A DNA stretch of 64,000 nt from Tubulanus polymorphus (lineage: Eukaryota > Animalia > Nemertea), in assembly GCF_964204645.1 (NCBI RefSeq), contig NC_134026.1, positions 26,880,150 through 26,944,149 on the forward strand. Reading direction: 5' to 3'. This document shows, in pieces, positions 1 to 26,300 of this stretch. Each line of letters opens with the position of its first letter. Positions within the stretch are counted from its first letter, which is position 1. The notes below the pieces were generated by a model, which saw only the letters and a list, made by a program, of their open reading frames with translations, had not been told where the DNA came from and made no database searches. A program made the translations under genes and the position numbers.

Positions 1-1083
1 TCAGAGATGAAGTATAACTTGTGCGCAGTGAAAGGTTATTGCTTTACATTTGATTGATCATTGCCAATATTTATCATGGCCGGCATTCTTCAACATAATC
101 TGATGTGGATAAACGCTTCATTTTTCACATTTTCTCTATAATATCACCTTTTGAACCGGTGATGAGGTGGTATATTTCCACTATGAACAGTCGTATCGGT
201 CTATTCTTCATGCATAATTGATTGAACTCTATCAAGTATACAAAATTGAAAATGACATATCGCAAACATTTTGACTTCAACTTGAACAAGTTGATGACGC
301 AAAGAGAAAAATATTTCAGAGCTGCAATGTTGCCATGCAGTCCCCCGCTTAATTATGATATCGTATTCAAGCTTTTGAAATATGAACTATGTGCATGGAT
401 TGGTAGTATATCAAAAAGAAGCTTTGGCTTCAAATGATCCGTGATTATGTATATATTAATTGGATCGTTGTAGGGCATGTCTCATTGATCTATGAGATAT
501 TTCACATTCGCTGGTATAATAGCCTGCAACCGGGGCTGTTTGCCAGCGTAAAAAGTAATGGCAAGTACCAAGCAATGTTGTTACCATAGATACTACTAAA
601 ACATGGCAGGACGTGTTCTGCGCTGATGCGAAAATAGAAAATTTCATTGGTGTGATTGATTACCTTTTTGGTACCTTTCCATTTGGTGCTTCATTGGGGA
701 TAATGAAGCTTGTTTTACTGAAGTTTTCATCTTCAGCATCTGTGTATTGTTCGAAGAGTGTTGAAAATAATTTTCCCGCCAGCGATCTCTTCCTTTATGT
801 CGTGAAAAAAGGATGTTATATTCTATGAAACGCCAGATGGTTCCTTTACACACCTCGATACACGTAAAGCTCGGTGGTTGAGGATGTTATTTTACTGAGA
901 CGCTAAGAATCAAATTGTGGTAATCGATATTGCGTAGAGTTTTGATGCGAGGTTGGAAATTCTCGCATTTATGCTACTACACACACACACATATATAACC
1001 AACCTGTCTGAAAATGTTTCACACTAATGGTTAATTTAATTATTCATTAATAATGCTGTGAAATTGAGCGGTATTCTAAGGTT

Positions 1084-1451
<368 letters not shown>

Positions 1452-2553
1452 TAGACAGTACGCTATTGATGATTATTCTGCTAAAACTTGTCCATTCTCT
1501 GCCGCAGTTTCTCTCACACTGCCGAGAGATGGCTGATAGATATTCTTTCTCGTGTGTAAATCGATTTTTCGGTCAACTCAATTTTCTGGCTATGTTACAT
1601 CCACTTCACAGATCTGTAAGCCGCTATATTATTAAGGTCAGCTTCCACATGAATATCAATATAGACGTCACTTAACTAAATGTATTTTTTACATCATCAA
1701 CATTACCGGCAGTTCTCTCAATGTTACTGTTGTTAATACATTCTAGACTTGCCCCTTCCTATTTTTGGTCGAGCTACTAGAATAAGCCGTAACGTCATAA
1801 ATTAGGAAAGTTTGCCATTTAACACCTGAAAAAGCGGGAAAATCCATCTCAGATTTTCTGGTTTAAGAGATTCCCCTAGACCTTCACAAGCCTCTCACTG
1901 TCACAGTGATATGTACAGTTAATGGTAATCAAATTCTGGGAACTATTAACTTGGAGGTGACAATGAATCTAAGGAAATAATTCAGGTTTCAGAATTTTTT
2001 TCAAGTGTTTTAGTGTAGATTTCATTTTTCATATACAAAAAAATTTCTCCAGTTAATGTTTGTTTTAAGATGTATAATATATGATCGAGTACTTGCTATT
2101 GTTTTTGCCAAAGTGAAAGGCATATTATCAGAATTGATGTTTGTGATGTCAATTGAATCGTATTGTGTTTGTAACTGAAGTAGTATTGAAGGCACACCCA
2201 TTAGTGATGACTTGTGTCTCTCCTGTATTTCAATTTCTTATATTGCTTTCCTTGTAAGATTTTATGCCAAGTACAAGTTTTTTTGTGAATTAGATCAACT
2301 TCACTGTGATTGCTTTAGCTTTTACGATTTCGTTCTCTGAATAGATATAATCAATGATATCATGAAACAATGTCCAAATGGTAAGCTAATTCATAGTCTG
2401 TTTATCTGACCAATCATATGGTGTAGCTTGAGACATTTGAGATGGCCAAGTAAGTCCACTAATTGCCAATTAACGCCAGCCAATGAATGTGTGGCTTAGT
2501 GATGATCCTTTTGGCGACCTTGGCATAGCTTAATTACGGGTAGTCAGGGAAGT

Positions 2554-2965
2554 CAGACCCGTACCGAGCTATTTTGAGGGGCATTTCTGTTTAAAGACAA
2601 AGGCCACTTTTTCACCGTGAAAAGGCACACTTTGAAGAAGGACAGATCTTAAATATGATTTTTCAATAACCCAAACTCAATGTCTCATTCGTTTAATTTA
2701 TAATATCTATCTCCAATATTCAACAATAACAAATTAACAAGTAACTGAACACTTTTATGGAATTATTTAACAATACAGTTTGACCCTTTATAGTTTACCC
2801 TTTTCCCAAAATGTGCAAGTTATTATCGGACTAAATCACATCACACTGCGATTGATTATTATCGTCAGGTTCCAAGTTGAAAGTTGTATCCAAATCCAGA
2901 AAAATCTGACTTTTTGAAGGGTACTTCCTGGTTCACTCTCCCCGAACCCCCTCGGCACGGGCCTG
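2554..2965. mobile_element. Non-autonomous DNA transposon (MITE) with hAT-like CAGG ends
   Basis: Left end CAGACCCGTACCGAG matches the reverse complement of right end CTCGGCACGGGCCTG at 13/15 positions; no clear TSD. Confidence 0.6.
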
Positions 2966-5194
2966 TTAGTTAATGCAAAAGGTTCCCCAAGAATATCCGA
3001 TTCTTATGTAAATAGTTCATCTTAGCGTTTGTCCTTTTTTTTTAATGAAATTGTTCCTTTCGAGCAATACATGTTTGATACCCCTCGGGTAGCAAACATG
3101 GTTTCATTATCCGGATAAAGTGCGTCGATGTCACTACTCATTTGCTCAATGATTTATTCAATTTCTTACACCTGCTAAATTCAGCAGCCATGTCTCCTAA
3201 AGATTAATTATTGCGATTTACTGCGTCGCTCATTTACAGATAGATGAGTCGCAGTTATCTAAAAAATGTTTCTCTTTATTCTACCTCACTTGTTCAGATA
3301 TATCTTCATGCATTTAGTAACGATATAGAGAAAGAGGAACGAAATGCAAATATCATTACAGCCGATTCCTCAGTGAGTGCACTCTCTGCCTCCAGAAATT
3401 TTAAGTTTCCTCATTTTTTGCTAATTTATGAAGTCTTTCATATATTTCAGTATCGGTTTTATCCAAATACTATATCTGTGTATTGACCACTAGTATACCG
3501 TCGGTGACAGTGTAGATTGCGATAGTAGTATATTCTACTAGCTCTGGACGAAAACTGATGCCATTTCGAATCGCCGTACATGCTAACTCCCAGCTGAGCA
3601 CAGGCAATTTACGTCATGAATTGATCATGTATCTATGCATCATTGCTGAGCCGCTATAATCTCTGGTCAGCGAATAAAAGCTGCAAACTGAACTTCTTCT
3701 TATAAACTGCTGTCTCTCGCGCGTGTTAAAAAATTCTTGAAATAGTACAAATTAGGTGGGCAGATTGTGGCTCTATGAGAATTGTCTTATTGATTTGAAG
3801 TGTTGTGTTACAGGATTTTCCTTTTAAATTCCATGCTGTAAATAGGTGGGATGGTGCTGAAAACACTTTTCAATATAGCTACTATATGATAATATGATAA
3901 GTAATCTGATAGACCGTACCAATTTCATGATTTTACAGTTTTAGTTTCGGTAATATCTTTCATCAATTAGGTATTTTTTACGTAAAACTTCAACTTTTGT
4001 GCTCTGTTATGGTCTGATGTATGAGCAGGATTTCAGTGTAATTGGTATTGCTGGTATGTACTTCTTCATATGTTTTCTCTTCGCTAAATCTACTCGTTGT
4101 ATTTTTCTAGGAGGCAATCAATTATTTGTCTTGTTATGGATCTGTTCTCGAGACACTTGACAAGATAATTGTTATTGTAAATTTCATGGCAATGTAATTT
4201 CATTTCATAAATTTGTCTCATTATCACGTACGGTTTAATGGGAGCAAATTAAGGGATGATTAATTAGAATTTTGATTTCGATGGCAAGATATTTCTATCA
4301 CCGAGCTGCCATCTTCATGAATATGAAATTGATCTCAAAAACAGTGTTCGTAGATTAGATATTACAGGCAGACTTTGAGATTGAAACGGAGAACTTCCAG
4401 CTATTCCCTGGACACTTTAGGATTTATGACCTTTTATGGTTAAGCCATCGATTTGGATATTTTTGCTTTTTTGCCATGTACAGCGAAGTCTGAGGAGACT
4501 ATGATGATAAAGGGTTAATATAATCTATTATCCTGCGACTTCATTGATGCACATTATGCGCCACAAATACTGTAAATGGGATACATGAAGATTATGTCGC
4601 AGATCAGACCTTATTTAATCCAGCCTGACGATGTGGGGAGAGTAGATCCTTATATATGAAAGCGTCACCCAGGGGGAATAATGTATAACTATCTGCGCTG
4701 TTAATTGAGAAAGGTGTGGACTAATATCAGATTTCCAATTCTTTTCGATACTGATGACACTTCTATCTATAGAAACATAAGTCCAGATTCAAGTTTTAGA
4801 GCACTACGATTTGAACACAGGCATAATATGAATTATGAACCCTCTAAGAAGGAGTACAGTAATGCACATAGATTTTGTTCGGATAGAATTGAATGTTGAT
4901 TTTGAAGTTTTTGTTTGAAAAATAATTTCTGTTTTCATTACGAAATATACCCTTTTCAAATACTAGGCTTCTCATGAATATGATATAGCTGTTGTATATA
5001 TTCTGTTTACTTTGCACTAGATGTGTCATTTTAGAAAATGCACGAGAAACACCCCGGACATATTTAAGCTTCAAATTTTGATGATAAAATTGCTGACCGA
5101 AAGAAAAAGAAAAATGCATGGCATGTGCTAACCTACCAATTGTTTCGTTCTAGTGCCTATATTAGTTCAAAAACGTGTTGCTGTTTGTTTGTAG

Positions 5195-5266
5195 GCCCCT
5201 GTAGTTCATGGATTTGATGGTGATGATGATCAGGTTGAGGGAGGGAGGGCCAGGCAACCTGCAGAA
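5195..5266 (+). CDS. Candidate 72-nt phase 0-0 cassette exon of the kinase gene (APVVHGFDGDDDQVEGGRARQPAE)
   Basis: Acceptor tgtttgtttgtag, donor GAA|gtaagt, open frame, GC-rich relative to the surrounding intron, and the same phase as the kinase exon starting at 9956. Confidence 0.45.
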
Positions 5267-8245
5267 GTAAGTGCTGCTTGTTTTCACGCTGGCTGATGGG
5301 GAAAAGCATGATCTTGCATGGCATAATTAGCTATGTATGGCTAGAAGTCAGATAACACAAATACTGGTACTTTTTGATGTAAATTTCTATTCAAAATTCA
5401 TCGTTCTGCTCATTGCAAGTTTTGAATATTGACATACTTCAATGCCCTTTTTGAACTGTATTCTGATATGAAGGCCAAAGTCGATGCTTTTCTGATATTC
5501 TAGATTTCTTTATTTCCATATATGAAATTTTTTGGGAAACCACCAGAATGCCAGTGTTAATAATCTCAGTGCATTGATGGATCGTGCTTATGAAAACTTC
5601 AGTTCAGTATCATTTTTGGATGGTGTGTGTTAATATTGAGACTGCTTATGACAAAAGTATTCCTGAAATACCTAACCTTGCTTGGTCCATTACCTATCAC
5701 GTGTCATCTAACATTTCCTCTACTTATCCTACTCATCTATCGCTTGCATGATCTTAATGTGCCTTTTGTCTCTATCTCCTACTAACATACCGACTATAGT
5801 AGCATGGCTGTGTCTCATCAGAGGGGCTCTATCGAATTTATTGTATGCCAGATATATTTAGTAGATTTGTTATTTAACGTGTAACCCATAGTTTTATATA
5901 TATATATATATATATTTGTTATTATGGATTAATTATATTTATTTATTCATATACATACATATATATGTTTCTGTTGTCTAATATGAAATGCTACTTCTGT
6001 GAGCAATTTTTGTTCTGGAAAAAAATATTGATGGAGATTATGTTATTAGTAATTGTGCTCAGCTGGCTATCGAGCTATATAAGGGTCTATTTGTTCTACT
6101 CTCATTGACTTCACAGTGTATATTAGAAATTGGTGTATTTTCCTAAGTGTTAACTTGTTACTACTAAAATGTTTGAATCTTTAAACTATGCAAATTTTCA
6201 TATCTGACAATATAGCAGATATAGGCCTAGTACTATGATAAGCCTTTTTCTTAAATTGATTCATCACATAGACTTCTGTAAGAAAGGGTCTAGGATATTT
6301 GCCCGTAGACGGATTGATTCAGGTTCATCAATTTGACAAGCATGAAGTTAACAATGAAACTAATTAGTCCAAGATTTGAAGCATTACATGGACATATATC
6401 ATAGAGTAGTGTAGAAATGTAGTAAGCATGTATCATGTGGTTTTCATTGCTATTAATTACGCTATGTCAAATTCAATGACAGCCGAAACACAAAACGTAA
6501 TTTCACAAATACGTTAAATGCATCGCGATCAACATTTTCATCAATATTCTGATAATTTTCAAATCATTATTATGGATTATTTTCTGTGGGAAATTTTATA
6601 GTTAACTCGGATTTCGTGGCAAAATATTGTCGATTGACAACATCCAGTTACGAACCATTCTCCAGTGTGTACAAGGTGTGAGTGTGTAATTATACTGTAT
6701 ATGGTCAGTCAGTCATAGATTACGTACTTAATTATTTATTTGTATCGTCAGATCTTTGATAAACATACAGAACCAGTAGACGCCATAATTACAACATCAC
6801 AATTGTAATTGGGCCATAAAAGACTCTCGAGGAGGCATGAATTTTGTCATTTTCCTAAATGGCTCACACTTGCATCTTTCCAGCAATCTATGATAGGATA
6901 TTTAAGTCATTGCCAAGTTGCCAGGGAAACTGTCATGCATATTTTGCTGTAATTGGATTTAAGTGTGAGGCAGAGCATCAGTGGATGACTCCACTACTCT
7001 GGCTGTCTAATTAACAGCTTGAGTGCACCCCAAATGGTGTACACTTTCATGATTTCAGGTAATAAAATGTGACAACACTAATACAATTTCACAGTCTACT
7101 TAACCAAATCACAAATTGTTACTTCTGATTTCGTTCGTTTTAAGGGTTAATTGTGGCGTTTGGAATACACTTGAACCTATTGAATCTCGTGCGAAATGTT
7201 CAAATTTCATCACAATATCTGAATCCATGAATGCGGTGAAATAATGGGACGATTAATACAATATCAGTAGTAATTATTCCTGCACCTGTTTTAGTTTGTA
7301 CAATATAAGCGAACCATTCATTTAGGGAATTATTACATTTCGAATAATTCATTTACTCAATTGATAGTAGCATATACTATTTCTGTGCTCATTTTATCGT
7401 CACCCGTAAAATGAGTTTCAAATCTCTATGCATTAAACGCCACTATATAGATTACGCTCGTTTTGCATTCAGCAGTACATTCCACTGATCACTTATGGAC
7501 TCATTAGATATTCAGTTGGTGAAAACAATATTGTCATCTATTTCCTGATAACGTTCGTCAATTCTCCTGATAGTCCTCTAGCTCGATGTCTTGAATGTAG
7601 CTTAGTCAGAAGAGGTATACATCTACAACTCCTCGACACCCACGCTCTTAATTGAAACGATGGAATCAATCTCATGCAATATGATCATTATTTCATGACA
7701 TCGCCTTCTCTTAAACTACCAAACATCAATTTTTATTTCCTATCGCGTATGTACACGTATTGAGGTTATCCACCTTTTCTCGTAGTATGGTATCATATCT
7801 AACAGTTATTGATTCAAGATTATTGGAGTTAGCGAAACTATTGTCATCGCCACCGATGCCAATAAATGTTTAGTCCGATTTCGCACAAATGAATTTTTAT
7901 CTTATAACAACAATGCGCGTTGATATGATTGCGAGATGTATCTGTGAGAAATCAAACTTGACTTCGCCGAGTCATTAATAGCTCAGAACAAGGCTCTCAG
8001 TCCGCTGCTTGGAAACCACTCCTTGCCTCTTTATCGCCAGTTGAAACTAAAATGAACTTCCACAATATTTGAAGATCCACAAAATCTACACGAAGAGCGC
8101 TTGTGCAATCACCGAGAGCAGCATTATTGATTTATTACTTTGGTTTCTGTGCCTGAAATCTTGGTAGAAATATTGCTGGGGAAGAAATCGATGGCTATGC
8201 ACAAGATGAATAATGTAGTAATGTCCTGGCATCTGTATAATACGC

Positions 8246-8249
<4 letters not shown>

Positions 8250-8301
<52 letters not shown>
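8250..8301. repeat. (TA)n microsatellite
   Basis: Directly visible. Confidence 0.97.
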
Positions 8302-8305
<4 letters not shown>

Positions 8306-9955
8306 TTTTATATAATACATGTTTAGTCGTCAAATATCATAATCTAATATTCCACCATGAAGAAGGCGCCATAACATTTTAGAAATAGAATATATCACTT
8401 TTTTCGAAGATGAAATTTGAACTGTGTTTTTTCTCCTTTACTGCATGTCTCAACCTCAATACTCAATATCGGCGCTATCAAAATTGCCTGACATTCTCAT
8501 CAAACCTAATTAAAAGAACTCAGTAAGAAGAGACTGAAGATCGGGTAATTTATTGGATGATGTTGGAATGGAATTGCCAGTTGTATGTTGTGCGATCATG
8601 CTTCCCGAAGTACTGTGAGCACACTAGTTCAATATACCAGTGTTTCATTGTTCCACATATGATGATTAAATCTACTTTTGTTGGCATTTCCCGATTGTAC
8701 ATGCTTTCCGTCAACAATCAGCTGACAAGATGAAAGATTAATGGATTCTGCCGAATATGGCTAGCAACAATATTGCGCGCACTAGCCGACATGTCCAACA
8801 GCACCATTTCCATTGAACTATATTATAGTGTTGTAGGTGGACAGCGTGGAACGTTTTTATGGAATGTAACTGTTCGTCGCGGGTCATCACACGGCAGATG
8901 GTGTCCAGTTCATTCGTATTCTCATTCGCCGCATGAATTCGGCTAATGTGGTTAGTTCGCTCGGATTTAATTTTCACAGTGGCCTTCCGAACTATGGTAC
9001 AAATGAAATATCATAATCATATACATTACTCGTATTCCATAGATCGACTTGAGAAACATCACACTGTATACATACAATCTGTGCTATTGGCATTACTTCA
9101 TCATTTGGTCCGGCATCGATTAGTTGCAGCATGTGGTAATGCATGGCATTGATAACATTGCGGCGAAATCTAATGAAATTCTAATTTATTTGATTTGATA
9201 TGTTTTGACCAGCTATTTAGCTGCGAAAATTGATGAATACTATTAGATAAATAATGGAACGTAACGGTTCCATATATTAGTATCACCATTTCTGTATCGT
9301 GTATGTGGGTAATTTTTTGCCAGATTTCAAGGAAACAATCGATAAAACTAGATTACCCATATATTCTGATGTAGCACTATCGCGGCGATATGATTTATTC
9401 CATGATTAGAGTCGTCTGAGCCAAGACTGTTACCAGCTCAAACGGTATTACATAAATGGACTCGGTACCGCATATTTGCATACAAATATCTCCGCCCAAT
9501 GGATACTCATTACGCCGAAGCATGGCGGAATTTTTATGCTATTGATATAAATGCATCCAATAAATAGGATGAGCATTTCGAAAAGGTTTATGCGTATTTC
9601 TACCCTGATGATATAAACCACGCTCTCGTGATATTAAATAGTTTCACACTATTGACCGGCTGGATTTATATCGAAGTACTTAGTTGTCATGGTTGTACTG
9701 ATTTTCAGTCAGTTGATAAAGAGAATTAGAGACCTTTTTATTTAGGCATCATCTACGGCATGTATCCCATAACTATTTTCAGGTTTACCAGAAGCATCAT
9801 CATCAAGGTAGCTTTTCATCGGGGCATCTAATTTTGCCTCACTTTTTTTTTATTATGCAGCATTATGATTTATATGATATGTAATGTAAATAATGATGGA
9901 TTATTTTATATATGTTATCGAATTCTACCTTGTATTTTATTCTTGTATTTTTTAG

Positions 9956-22382
<12,427 letters not shown>

Positions 22383-22993
22383 TAGTGTATGCTCGTGTTA
22401 CTAACCTGTATGCAGTGAAATATACTAACCATATCTGTTAAATATCTAATGTAGGATGTTTTATATTAGATTATGTAGACTTCATTAAATCTCACATACT
22501 GTAGTTTGAAGTAGATATACACTGCATGGTAAACAAGTTAATTGATCCCTTTGAAAAAAAATAGTGTCACAGTTAGCTTTGAAAACTGGAAGTTGATTAT
22601 TCTGTGACAATTACGTTAGCTTAAATGGATTATCTTCGCTAAACAGCACCGTTGTGCATTTTCACTGCATTAAGGCATGAAAATCTGAAATTGTTACTAA
22701 TATATCAATCACAATTATTCATTTATGTAAATTCTGAAATGCATGAGAGTATATAGGTATCTTGCACTGATGTCACAATGCCATATGGCAGGTCAACAGT
22801 GGCTTCTTATCTGAATTATAACTGGTTGCACTTGACTGCTAGTATGGAGATCGTGACCGGTGCAAAACGTCTGTTTATATTAGTACTAACTAGTTCATAA
22901 CTGAAAAATTATGCATGTTTTAAAGTTATAATGATATTTTCTAATGCTAATCAACCATTGATGAATTGTCTTCAAAATGTTTACAGTAAATGT

Positions 22994-23319
22994 CATCCTC
23001 CCTCGGTAAGGATTTGAACCGGATGGCATCGCTACACTCAGCCACAGAACAAACCCCTGCCACAGTAGACCGGGTGCGCAGTTATATTGGCAGGTTTGCT
23101 GTACACAAACTTGCGGCACCAATCAGATTGCTCATTGTATAATCGCTGAGTCAAATTTCACAAGAACTATAAACTGAAAAACCCGGGCTAAAATGAATCA
23201 GGGTTTCTGATTGGCTAATAATGACATCATCTAAGCTGCGCACTCGGTCTAGTGTGGCAGGGTTTCGTACCGTGGCAATCTCGATGCCATCAGGTTCAAA
23301 TCCCTGCTGGGGGAGGATG
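22994..23319. mobile_element. MITE whose ~90-bp TIRs contain tRNA-like A/B boxes; 9-bp TSD AGTAAATGT
   Basis: Arms 22994-23083 and 23234-23319 are inverted copies; direct repeat at 22985-22993 and 23320-23328; the right arm reads CGGTCTAGTGTGG...GGTTCAAATCC. Confidence 0.8.
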
Positions 23320-26300
23320 AGTAAATGTATTCGCAATGAAAAGACAATTGATATGATACATATTATACTATTTTCAGGGTCAGGATACAGCGTATACTCT
23401 AGAACGAAATGTTACAGATGCTATAAACTCGTCCATGAATATCACAAACCTTAACGATGCAAGGCACTATGCCATACAGAAATGTAATACGACAAAGACA
23501 TAGCAGCAGGCTTGCTAGGGGGCTGTGATAGGCATGTACATGACACGAGCCAAGTCATATTCACTGTGATACTGGATATATAGATTCTTGTGTACTAGAC
23601 TTCGGGGTCTGATTTTCTCAGCCGGTTGTTCGGATATTTGTTGACAGCAGTCGGATCTCCGAGATTGGGTTGTGAGCGGATTTATCATTGCGTAATATAT
23701 TTAAGAAAAAAAACAGTGATCAAAACTAAAACGTGATGTTTTAAACTGAAAATGATCATCTATAAAACGTCACTTTATTTACTAATACTATTTATTACTC
23801 CTACTGTACTTATAACTACTACTTCTACAACTACTACTAGAGCTGGTGAAAACTGGTGACGCGTCATTTTTTCTGACTTAAAAGAAGAGTTTTCTAAACG
23901 TTCTATATTGTCTTAGAATTGCACGATGGAATTTCACTTTATCGCTGTTTCTTTCTGGTGCACAATGACAATGATGTGTGATGTTTTAGTCTTCATATTT
24001 GTATCTCTGCGGTGAACTCTTCACCTCGAACTGGTAGAAAAAACGACGGATATATTCGTTCACTATATGTACACGCAACAGACGGTGAAGTTTTAACTTA
24101 TTACGCTGCAATTAACTAGAGTAACCAACGTAGAAACATGCGAGCACCATGGCCGAGATTATTGCTGGAGTACATAAGATCAAGTATTTGTACAAAGTTA
24201 ACATTTCATTTATTCATCGAAATCATCTACATTCTACATCCAAATGAGTGCTTTTCTTTTGGGCAATGCAAATTATGTAAATAGGCTGTTTTTTACGGGA
24301 TTCTTTCAAATATTTTTCATATGCATGTAAGTACACACACTTCATTCAAGCATTCCGTGTAAATATTCATTTGAAATGAATACAGTCTCAACATATTTAT
24401 CTAATTACTTTAAGATGATATGCGCTTCGTTTTTCCAAAAACAATACCATTTTGTGATTTTTCTTGACAATTGAACGTTCCTTAGTTTGAAATATCAAAA
24501 TCACGCTTAGACCAATTTTATCTTTACAACAGTTATGTCCCTAAAATGTTCCACATTTTAAGAAATACCAACTTATTTCCAATGCTGTCATTACCATTTA
24601 AATGTTATTCCTGAAAAACTGATATATTCTGAGGGTTATCCACGCTGCATCACTCCATGCACTGCCATAGATAGTTACTTATTCAATCGAAACCAATTGT
24701 AATTTTTTTGTAGTTAATTTACAGGGTACACTACCATCTTTCTGTACTTTCCATGATTCTGAAAACAACGTTGAATTTTCGCCGCTGATTATATTTATTT
24801 TATTCCTGAATTTTGTTGAAAGGTAACCAACGATTAGAGAGATATACTGCATAATATATATAAGTCTCTTACACTCATTTCATTTTCTGAATACTCGTTC
24901 TTATATATATGAAAAAAGTATCGTCACTATTTATACATGTGTATATGAATACTTCTTTTACTGTTCTAGACTATAAAAGAAAAGAACGGAGTAAAAGGGA
25001 AAGTAATTGGTTTGGTTTATGCATACGTTTGCGTAAAAACCTGGTCTTGTATTGATGATAGATGACGATAAAGCTAAACTGTGATTTTGCTATTTTGCAT
25101 AATGTCATGATAAAAATGTTTACTGTTGAAACTAATTGTAATTACATACAAATGTAGATGCTGCCTAAACATTAACTGTGAACCTGGTTTTATTGATTAG
25201 GACTGTTTTTATTCAAAAATGCCATTTGTTGTACGGTTTTCATTGCTGAAGAATTTCAGTTGTAAATATGTTTGGGAAATTTTCATATTTACTAAAGATA
25301 AAAAAAATTTCTGGATGTTTAAAACCTTATGTTAAACATATGAATAAGAACAGTTTTTGTTCCTGATATTGATATTTGCAGATGTTAGATGAATATGGTA
25401 GTATCAACATTCCATTTGTATTGAGCAGTCATCTTTTCAAGTTTCGACTGCTGGCAACTATATGCCAATGTTATCTCTAAATTTGGCCTAAACCTACATC
25501 TAGTGACAAAGCTCGGAACTCCTATGAAGTATTTTACTGATTCTTGTAGCCTTCAAATGCGACTAGTGCTGGAAAAAGTGTAATGCAAAATAGAAAAGTA
25601 TTGTTATTTACTGGTAGATATTGAGGTTAAATTGTTTCACAGTTCTTTTGCATCATTTTAAAGTTATTTGAAACATGGTTTACAATAATTTGCCTAACTG
25701 TTCCATTACTTTTTACAATCCATCCAACATTTCTTCATCATATGTAATAATAACCTTCTAAGAAACACTTGATAATTATTGTTAGTGCATTATATTCTCC
25801 ATATTACATAGTCTTTGATAAATCAATGTATTAAAAGTTTTGAATTGTTGTTCATTGGTAATCCTAACGCTATTTGCAGCACAATGCTCAAATTATTTAT
25901 TTTCTTGGTGCTACATGGCGTTCGGACTTCCAACTCATTTTAGTTTTTGTCAGATATCTGTTTGTTGTCTAGATGGTTGAAACGTACTTGCCATTTTACC
26001 AGATTCTTCCGCGTTCATCATTTATCTATATCATACGACATGCTGTAATATGCATATGCTTATTGTGAACGGCTTATTTGAAATTATACTAATTTTCAAT
26101 ATAAATTTGAAAGGCATAAGATATGAATGCAGTTTGCAGCAGTGTATCTGGCATTTCTGTAGATCATCTAAGGAAATTCAAAAGAAGTTATCCGGACAAC
26201 TTAATAGAAACTAAATGTTTGTCACACATTTTGAACCTGTCATTATTTTTTTCTGTTTTATACCCAACTTGGTATATAGTTTGTTTCTTTCAGACAAACA

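Noticed and set aside
456-870. Possible nested minus-strand gene near the window start
   Set aside because: Short frames with stops, a required intron of only about 41 nt and no recognisable motif.
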